Of a DNA stretch of 64,000 bases, positions 38,712 through 47,472 are shown one piece after another. Each line of letters begins with the position of its first letter. The first letter of the stretch is position 1. Both the position numbers and the translations under genes were made by a program. The notes under the pieces are model-generated. The model had not been told where the DNA came from, searched no databases, and saw nothing but the letters and a program-made list of their open reading frames with translations. The DNA is taken from contig OZ076409.1 of assembly GCA_964187785.1 (NCBI GenBank), forward strand, positions 47,618,001 through 47,682,000, read 5' to 3'. The DNA is from Amphiscolops sp. MND2022 (taxonomy: Eukaryota).

Positions 38712-39327
38712 TAATTGCATAACTTTCAAACATTATTAGCGCAATCCCTCTCTCTAACGGATTTTCCTATCACTTTGGCCTGAGGCACGTCCTGAGCCAC
38801 AGTACATGTTACTCATAATATTTAAACCTTTACAGGATAAAATCAAGAACTACATGTACTGCATCATTCCAAACCATCATTTCGCAAGTTTACCTGTACA
38901 TTGCACTAAAGCGTTTAGTATTGAATTAATATAAACAAAAACTCTGAGCTGAGGCCACACGCCAGATCGACGTCCCGCTTCATTCGTTTGAGGCGGCCGC
39001 CAGGCTGCGGTACTGTAATTCTATTTCTGAGGCCGCTCGCCAGACCGCGTGTTACTATTTATATGTTCCCGTATTAAATAATATTTACTGGGAGGTGATT
39101 TCAATTTTGTTTTTGTACAGTTCGTATGTATTCATATTACTATACACATAGTATTATGAATCTCTATTTAATTATTCTAGCGCCATTGATTTACGATATT
39201 TATCAGATTATGTGTCAGTTGTTCCTGGCACTGTTTCTTTACTGTTCCTTCCTTCTATTTCTCACTTTGTTCTCCATAGACTGGGCGCTTACTGCTGCAG
39301 AACTCACAGCTCATCTGGGGCTGTGAC
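38712..39327 (-). repeat. LTR-like direct repeat, copy 2 (~615 bp)
   Basis: Begins TGTCACAG on the minus strand; lies upstream of the minus-strand Gypsy pol. Confidence 0.85.
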
Positions 39328-39423
39328 ACGAGGATTCGATCATTTTATTTCGATTCGGACATTTCGACCCCAACTTATCGGTTGCAATTCGACCGAACGA
39401 TTTCGAATCGATTCGTGTCACCC

Positions 39424-39762
39424 CATGGAAATACAGGGCTCTTTAGGCGAGTGCAGTGAAATTTTCACGCGTCTCTGTAAAATGCTGTGTCGTTCGCGCG
39501 CCGATCAACGAGCTGGCAATATCGATTAATTTTTATAACCCTGCAATCCTCACTTGCCTTCCTTCTGTGTCAATTCTATTATACTATTTTCTTTATTCTG
39601 GGATCAATGATAGAAATTCATTTGTACTGCCACATCCCGAAGGTTAGTTGATCTCTTCTTCTTGTGAAGCAACGGATCTCAATGGCTCTTCAGATCGGCA
39701 ATACGCCCTGTGTTCTAGGAACTGTGAGCAAGAGATGCGTTCGGAGAAATTTATTACATATA
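39424..39762 (+). mobile_element. CRE-clade element, displaced C-terminus
   Basis: MEIQGSLGECSEIFTRLCKML...DQRAG (39425-39517) and, after a ~130-bp insert, KQRISMALQIGNTPCVLGT (39666-39723) continue the ORF broken at 27395. Confidence 0.82.
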
Positions 39763-40211
39763 GCTTCTTTTTTAAAAATACCTCTATATCATTGCAGCCT
39801 AAAAAATTTTCTACCGGTCGACTGAATTAGTGGCTGGTATGAGTAGTTTGTTGATTGTTATTTTTTGTAACTCGACTATTGGGATCGTGGCTGGGATGGG
39901 GTTTCCTCCTTTCGTTGCAGACCACGGGTATGTGTCTACTCCCACCAACATGATGACACACATGGCACTTGATTGATGATGAAGATCCATGATATCTGAA
40001 AGTGAAAATATTTTTTGAAGTATATGATGCGTAAGAAAGACTATTGTTGATAAGATATAACGTGCAACTGCTGGCATTACTTGTGAAAATTTTTATCTCA
40101 TCCGTTTGGTTCTAAGTATGCATAATAATTAAAGTTCTTTACATACTTAGATTAGAGTACTTAGATTCCAGTACTTAGATTAGAGCGTCCACTTTTCTAA
40201 ATAACTTTTAT

Positions 40212-40341
40212 CAGGAACCCGCATTTAATAATGGCACTTGCAATTATTGCAATTTTAATTGCAGTATTGTTCCAATCAACACTTAATTGTTAAACTGTTT
40301 TTTTATGCAATTAAATTGCAATTTTTAATTGCGAGTCCCTG
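40212..40341. mobile_element. 130-bp hAT-like MITE
   Basis: CAGGAACCCGCATTTAA / TTAATTGCGAGTCCCTG inverted termini; TTGCAATT internal repeats; TSD degraded. Confidence 0.65.
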
Positions 40342-40817
40342 ATTACTATTAACGACCCCGACTTTCGCAAAACTAAGACAAAATCAAAAGGTTACTCATG
40401 TTTTTTCAACACCGTGTGACTTTTTTCCGGGAATGTTTTGTTAAAATATTCTCATTTAAGGTTTTCAAAACGTTTCTTGAGTCTCTGGTTCTTCATTCGG
40501 GCATTTTTGACATTGTGAAAGGGTAAATTTCCAAAACATATATTCGTAGTTCCGGCGCCAGGTAAATATCCCCGAGCGCAGCTGTTTTTGAGTTTCAAGC
40601 GCGCCGCCGACTTGGGAATGACAACATCAAAAACTATAAATTTGCACCACAAGCGTTGAAAACATGGAAAAACATTGCTAAAGTAGTAAAATTGCATGTT
40701 CAGTTTCTTTTGGATCCCCCTCTCAATGATTGCGCTCGAAATAGTTGCCTAACATCTTTTTAGTCGGCGCTTTTTCCTTTTAAGGAAATTTGCCCGCCTC
40801 TTACAAAGACCTTTTTC

Positions 40818-41303
40818 TTAGTCGGCGCTTTTCGTAGAAAAACGCAGACCATAGCAGTGACTTCTTTTTTAAGACCAACGAAGTGACAGATTTTATAAGC
40901 TTTATAAACTGGCTTCCACTAACTGCCACACTAATGTAACTTCTACTGCCACTTGGCATAGAGGTTAATTAGGATTTTTTGAGGTCTGCCAAGCAGAAGG
41001 ACGTGTGTTCAAGTCTCGCCCTTGACCGAATTTTTTTGTGCATGTTATTTCGGCTTTGTGAGACTTTTTTCGCAATTTTTTGTAATGTTTCCAAAGGGTC
41101 CCGCTTCAATTTTTTGTATATTTGCAACGGAATGTTTTGCCCAATTACATTTTTCGGCACTATGCGACTTACCAGAGACTTCAAAAAAATTTCGGAAATT
41201 TCCCCAATCGGGTACTGTAGAAGAGAACACTTGATACTTTGAAGTCCTTTTGCTATTTTTGAGCCTTAGATATGGCGCCGACTTGGGCCATTCCCGGCTT
41301 GTT
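40818..41303 (+). mobile_element. HINE-like element nested in another HINE (outer starts ~40757, continues 41304-41568)
   Basis: TTAGTCGGCGC...GCGCCGACTTGGGCCATTCCCGGCTTGTT; the flanks join into a sequence resembling 58392-58520. Confidence 0.7.
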
Positions 41304-41568
41304 CTTCTCACACTGATCGGTCCATTTTACAGAAACTACTAAAAGTACTCCGTCCAATGCAAGCTTAGTACAAAAGGTCCCCCCTTTCATTTTTCAAACT
41401 TTTTTAACGTCAACATCAAAACCGGACGAGACTAAGGCGTCCCCATTAGATTTTATTCCGGACTGTGCGACTTTTTTCGAAAGTTTTTTAATGTCTCCGA
41501 AAGGTCCCCCATCAATTTTTTGATCTTTTGCAACAAACTGGATTTTCAAGAAGCCCAAAGGCCCACTC

Positions 41569-42030
41569 CAGGGTGACCACTTGGTCGGCTTTTAGCAGAC
41601 TCTCTGCTTTGGTCTGTTTTTGTCTGCTTTTTCAATCATGTCTGCTTTTTTATTTCGAACGTATCAAATATAACAAACTATATAACAAATAATTTCATCA
41701 TTTCTTAAAATGTTCTAATGGTTTATTATAACGTTATATTTTATTTCAGGATTAAAATGCCATGCTCTCTAACTCCTGCTTTGACGAAAAAGTTTTCTTT
41801 GGCACTGCTAATTCCAGGGAAACCCACACATGCTCGTTGCAAATGTGATGGTGCTATCATTAGCGTTGAAAATGGTGGTGTACAGCTATCACGTCGTGTG
41901 GAGACGAGTAAGCATTCGAAAGCAGCTGCCGTTTGGCGCAGCCTGTGGAGCATTTTTCAATCGGTAGCAAAAGCGGAGAATGCTATTTTTTAATATTTCT
42001 GCTTTAGCAGGAATATTATTGAAATCTGAA
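41569..42030 (+). mobile_element. hAT-like transposon left end with BED-type Zn-finger remnant
   Basis: CAGGGTGACCAC terminus, TCTGCTTT subterminal repeats, ARCKCDGAIISVENGG...TSKH. Confidence 0.6.
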
Positions 42031-42090
42031 AATGTCTACTTTTTTTCAGTACAATTTTTGGGACGATACTGAATAATTCAGATAATTAGA

Positions 42091-42480
42091 TCGGCAGTGA
42101 GTGTCAGCGAGAGATTTAAATTCCTCAAGCTGCCGAAGACAATTCAATTCTCGTGCAATGAAGCGGGCGAGTGTTCGGCAGTTAGTGTAAGCGAGAGATT
42201 TAAATTTCTCAAGCTGCCGAAGACAATTCAATTCTCGTGCAATGAAGCAAGCGAGTATTCGGCAATGAGTGTAAGCGAGAGATTTAAATTTCTCAAGCTG
42301 CCGAAGACAATTCAATTCTCGTGCAATGAAGCAAGCGAATATTCGGCAGTGAGTGTGAGCGAGAGATTCAAATTTCTCAAGCTGCCGAAGACAATCCAAT
42401 TCTCGTGCAATGAAGCGAGCGAGTATTCGGCAGTGAGTGTAAGCAAGAGATTTAAATTTCTCAAGCTACCGAAGACAATA
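42091..42480. repeat. 84-bp tandem repeat, ~4.6 copies
   Basis: TCGGCA(G/A)T.AGTGT.. units every 84 bp; explains the 28-aa periodic ORFs on both strands. Confidence 0.95.
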
Positions 42481-42745
42481 CAGCTTAGTATTTATAATAT
42501 TTTGGTCCGAGAAGAATTAAAGGCGGTATAAACTGGTTCAGTAATTAATTGTGCGCTAAACAATGATTGAACAGGAGTTTATCGATATTCCAGATATGAT
42601 TCTATTATTGAAAATGAAAGATAGAAGTGATTGTGTTGATATTCCAGACTTGATTTTAATATTGAAAATAAAAAAGGAGTGTAGTGAACATTCTACGTCT
42701 GATTGGAAAATTGTTTTGAATAACCGGCTTTTTACCATTGGTAAT

Positions 42746-45590
42746 TTCCATGGGAGATAAGTTTTTTCGGTTTGAAAAATTGTTGATTATGTCCAGCATT
42801 TTAGTTCTTTATTTACCTTAAAGTCTCAAAATGGCTTACTTCAGGGTACTTCCATCGGTAATAAATTCTGTCAATTTGAAAAATTGTTGATTATGTCCAG
42901 CATTTTAGTTTTTTATTTGTCTTTAACTCTCAAATTGGCTAACTTTAGTGTACTTCTATATAGAATAAGTTCTCTCGGCTTGAAAAATTATTGATTATTT
43001 CCAGCATTTTAACTTTTCAAATGTCTTTAACCCTTAAAATGTCTTACTTCAGTATACTTCCATAAGGGATGAGTTCTGTCGGTTTAAAAAATTGTTGATT
43101 AGGTCCAGAATTTAAGTCTTTAACTCTCAAAATGGCTTACTTCAGTATACTTCCATTAGGAGATAAGTTCTGCCGGTTTGGAAAATTGTTGATTAGGTAC
43201 AGCATTTTAGTTTTTTATCTGTCTATAACTCAAAATGACTTACTTTGGTATACTTCTATATGGAATAAGTTCTGTCTGTTTAAAAAAGTGTTGATTAGGT
43301 GCAGCATTTTAGTTTATTATTTGTCTTTAACTCTCAAAATGGCTAACTTTAGTGTACTTCTATATAGAATAAGTTCTCTCGGCTTGAAAAATTGTTGATT
43401 ATTTCCAGCATTTTAACTTTTCAAATGTCTTTAACTCTTAAAATGGCTTACTTCAGTATACTTCCATAGGAGATATGTTCTGCCGGTTTGGAAATTTGTT
43501 AATTAAGTACAGCAGTTTAGTTTTTTATCTGTTTTTAACTCAAAATGACTTACATTTTGGCATACTTTTATATGGAATAAGTTCTGTCGGTTTAAAAAAG
43601 TGTTGATTAGGTCCAGCAGTTTAGTTTTTCTATTTGTCCTTAACTCAAAATGGCTTACTTTAGTGTACTTCTATATGGAACAAGTTCTGTCGGTTTAAAA
43701 AAGTGTTGATTAGGTCCAGCAGTTTAGTTTTTCTATTTGTCTTTAACTCAAAATGACTTACTTTGGTATACTTCTATATGGAATAGGTTCTGTCGGTTTA
43801 AAAAAGTGTTGATTAGGTCCAGTAGTTTAGTTTTTCTATTTGTCATTAACTCAAAATGGCTTACTTTAGTGTACTTCTATATGGAATAAGTTCTGTCGAT
43901 TTGAAAAACTGTTGATTATGTCAAGCATTTTAGGTTTTTTTTGTCTTTAACTCTCAAAATGGCTTACTTTAGTGTACTTTCATAGGTGATAAATTCTGTC
44001 GGTTTGTAAAATTGTTGATTAGGTACAGCAGTTTAGTTTTTTATCTGTTTTTAACTCAAAATGACTTACATTTTGGCATACTTTTATATGGAATAAGTTC
44101 TGTCGGTTTAAAAAAAGTGTTAATTAGGTCCAGCAGTTTAGTTTTTCTATTTGTCCTTAACTCAAAATGGCTTACTTTAGTGTACTTCTATATGGAACAA
44201 GTTCTGTCGGTTTAAAAAAGTGTTGATTAGGTCCAGCAGTTTAGTTTTTCTATTTGTCTTTAACTCAAAATGACTTACTTTGGTATACTTCTATATGGAA
44301 TAGGTTCTGTCGGTTTAAAAAAGTGTTGATTAGGTCCAGCAGTTTAGTTTTTCTATTTGTCTTTAACTCAAAATGGCTTACTTTAGTGTACTTCTATATG
44401 GAATAAGTTCTGTCGATTTGAAAAACTGTTGATTATGTCAAGCATTTTAGGTTTTTTTTTGTCTTTAACTCTCAAAATGGCTTACTTTAGTGTACTTTCA
44501 TAGGTGATAAATTCTGTCGGTTTGTAAAATTGTTGATTGTCTAGCATTTTAGGTTTTCATTTGTCTTTAACTTTCAAAATGGCTTACTTTAGTGTATTTC
44601 CATAGGGGATAAATTCTGTCGGTTTGTAAAATTGTTGATTGTCTAGCAATTTAGGTTTTTATTTGTCTTTAACTCTCAAAATGGCTTACTTTAGTGTACT
44701 TCCATAGGGGATAAGTTCTGTCGTTTCTAAAAATTGTTGAGTATTTCCAGCATTTTGGTTTTTTATTTTTCTTTAACTCTCAAAATGACTCACTTTAGTG
44801 TACTTCCATAGGTAATAAGTTCTGTCGTTCTAAAAATTGTTGCATATTTCCAGCATTTTAACTTTTCAATTGTCTTTAACTCTCCAAATGGCTTTTAAGT
44901 GTACTTGCATAGGGGATACGTTCTGTCGGTTCAAAAAATAGTTGATTATGTCCAGCGTTGTAGTTTTTTTTGTTTTTATCTCGAAATGGCTTACTTTAGT
45001 GTACTTCTATATGGAATAAAATCTGTCAGTTTGAAAAATTGTTGATTATGTCAAGCATTTTAGGTTTTCATTTGCCTTTAACTCTCAAAATGGCTTACTT
45101 CAGTGTACTTAGGAAGGGGATAAGTTCCCTCGGTTTGAAAAATTTTCAATTTTTTCCGGCATTTTAACTTTTCAAATGTCTTTAACTCTCCAAAATGCTT
45201 ACTTCAGTATACTTCCATAGGGGATAAGTTCTCTCGGTTTGAAAAATTGTTGATTATGTTCAGCATTTTGGTTTTTTATTTGTCTTTAACTCTGAAAACG
45301 ACTCATTTTAGTGTACTTCCATAGGTGATAAGTCCTGTCGTTTCTAAAAAATGTTGATAATTTTCAGCATTTTAACTTTTCAATTGTCTTTAACTCTCAA
45401 AATGGCTTACTTTAGTGTACTTCCATAGGGGATAAGCTCTGTCGCTTTGAAAAATAGTTGATTATGTCCAGCATTTTAGTTTTTAATTGTTTTTAACTCT
45501 CAAAATAGCTTTCTTTGGTGTACTTCCATGGGGGATAAGTTCTGAAAAATTGGTGATTGTATCCAGCATTTCAGTTTTCTAAATGTCTAA
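42746..45590. repeat. Satellite array, ~103-104-bp unit, ~27 copies
   Basis: GATTA(G/T)GTC landmark at 42785, 42889 ... 43605, 43708, 43811, 43914, 44017. Confidence 0.95.
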
Positions 45591-45804
45591 CTCTCCAAAG
45601 GTATTCGTTTCGAGATATTTTTCAAGAGACCTACTATGTTCGATTGAAAAAATATCGCTTATTTGCGGCATTTTGGTGAAAAGTTTGTCTTTGTCGCATA
45701 AAATGGTTTTGTTTAGTATTTTTCCGTTTTTTTCTTCTTTAGGTTCCTTGTGCAGATTTTGTCTACCTCTGATTTGCTATTTGGTATTTTCACTACTCCC
45801 ATGA

Positions 45805-46053
45805 TGTAGACACAATGTACTGGGTAAGACGGGCCTAACCCAGCCTGCACAGTACGAGTGTCTACTGGGTTCTTAGTATTGGTTGACCTCTCTTGAAGCA
45901 GGTAGACCGTTACAGCTCTACGCTTCAAGAATTTGGTTGAGGTTAACCCTAGACTCCAGTAGACATTCAAACTCAAAATCTTTTGCGGGAGTACTGATTT
46001 GATTTGATTCAAATCTTTACTTTTCTTCCCTCTTCGATTTAAATACCTCTACA
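45805..46053. mobile_element. Probable solo LTR (249 bp)
   Basis: TGTAGA...TCTACA inverted termini; flanks CATGA/CAGAC match only partly. Confidence 0.55.
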
Positions 46054-46458
46054 CAGACTATATGGCGGTATCACATTTACATTGTGCAATTTCTCTACGT
46101 GGTATGGAATTACTGCAATTTTGTTTTAATCAATTGTACTTGAAATTAACTAGCTTGCTCCGTCTTTTTTACTTCGCTGACTTCCCTTTTGTCTTGGAAA
46201 TAGTTTTTCTGGCTATCGTTTCTTTGCTTCTGAAAGGGTAAAGAAGCAGAAATAATCGTTTGCCCCGGAGGGGCCACTTTTGCCAAATGCGGGCAACATT
46301 TTTTCATTTGATGCGAACATTGATTGATGGAGGATCGTTTCGCAGCCGTGACGTGGCATGTAGGCGAAGGTCAATTTATAATGTCATGTTCCCCGATTCT
46401 GTATATTCTGGAATAAAACTTCAACGAACCTTGTTGCGTATTTTTTGTTACCACCCTA

Positions 46459-47135
46459 ATGAGCAGATCGTATCTCTTATTCGAATCTGAGATCAACAAC
46501 AAACTTTTGAAAGTCTTACAAAATCTTGCGGATGCTTTGGGTTTGAATAAAATAACGGCGTTTGAGGAGTTAGCCGATTTGCGATCAAAAAATAGGAGCA
46601 ACTTTTCCAATATGTTCAAAGCAAATTTGCTTGATATTTCTCCTACGTTATTAAACCGTACCGAAACAATCCTACTGTATCTCCCACACAATATGATCGT
46701 GAAAAGTGGGTTTTCACAAATGAAATTTCGTGGAAGTGACTACCAGCCAGGTATGTGTAACCAAATGTACGACGCAATACGGTTCGTAAATGATAATATT
46801 CTGCGGAATGCCCAAGAAAAATTTGAGTTTGTGAACGAACTCAACATTGAAATGAATAAAGCTAGCATACGATACCACGACTCCGAAAAACAAAGATTGA
46901 AAGACGAACGCCAGGCACAAATAAACCGCCTTGAATTAAAAAAAAGATAAGAATTTTTGAAAAGATCTCAGATGGGCAACGCAGGAGAGAGTTAAAAGAA
47001 GTGGATAAAGAAGTAGTCGATATTGAGAAAAAACTTGCGGAAACGCTCGAGCGAAAACGGAAGCTGTTAGACGAATCTGCTATGGTCTCGGAAAATCAAG
47101 ATTTTCAATCTTTAGAAAATCTGTTTGTTTTCTGA
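46459..47135 (+). other. Unknown ORF with coiled-coil-like C-terminus, split by a -1 shift at an A8 run (about 225 aa if joined)
   Basis: 163-aa ATG ORF ends at 46950; an overlapping frame 46944-47135 continues KIRIFEKISDGQRRRELKEVDKEVVDIEKKLAETLERKRKLL. Confidence 0.45.
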
Positions 47136-47262
47136 AAACATTCCAGAAAATTCTCACTGTCTACTTTTTTTTCCACTTTTTGATGCGTTCCAGGCAGGTC
47201 TGCTTTTTCAGAAATTATTAGTGGTCTCCCTGGCCCCCTCACAATTTTTAGCTTTTTGAGCT

Positions 47263-47472
47263 TGTTGTAATCTCTTTGCTTAACAAAAGTTAACAACATA
47301 AAACTGTATTCGAACATCAATCTTTTCGTACTGAATAAAGATCAGCTTTTTAGGTATAGACAATAGTAGCAGGTACTAAGGACATCTAGACAATTAAGTA
47401 TAATGGTATTGAACAATAGTAATGTCTGTCTATGATTTGTCCTCTAACTCTAGTTCTTTAGCTGCTGCTTCA
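47263..47472 (-). repeat. 3' LTR (210 bp)
   Basis: TG...CA, adjacent to the PPT, matches 53190-53399. Confidence 0.97.

Larger units (their letters stand above)
27396..39423. mobile_element. MITE (GGGCGACAC...GTGTCACCC, GTCGAA subterminal repeats) expanded to 12 kb by nested insertions
   Basis: Terminal inverted repeats; duplicated target CCTTGGAA/CCATGGAA on the flanks; GTCGAA units at 27413-27515 and TTCGAC/TTCGAT units at 39335-39415. Confidence 0.75.

Noticed and set aside
40952..41028. Functional tRNA-Gly gene
   Set aside because: No complete acceptor, D or anticodon arms; embedded in a repeat. Kept only as a tRNA-like module.
43132..44215. Short hydrophobic ORFs in the satellite, and similar K/F-rich ORFs in HINEs and MITEs
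   Set aside because: By-products of repeat composition.
42091..45590. CRISPR-like arrays
   Set aside because: Units are head-to-tail with no unique spacers, there are no cas genes, and the context is eukaryotic.
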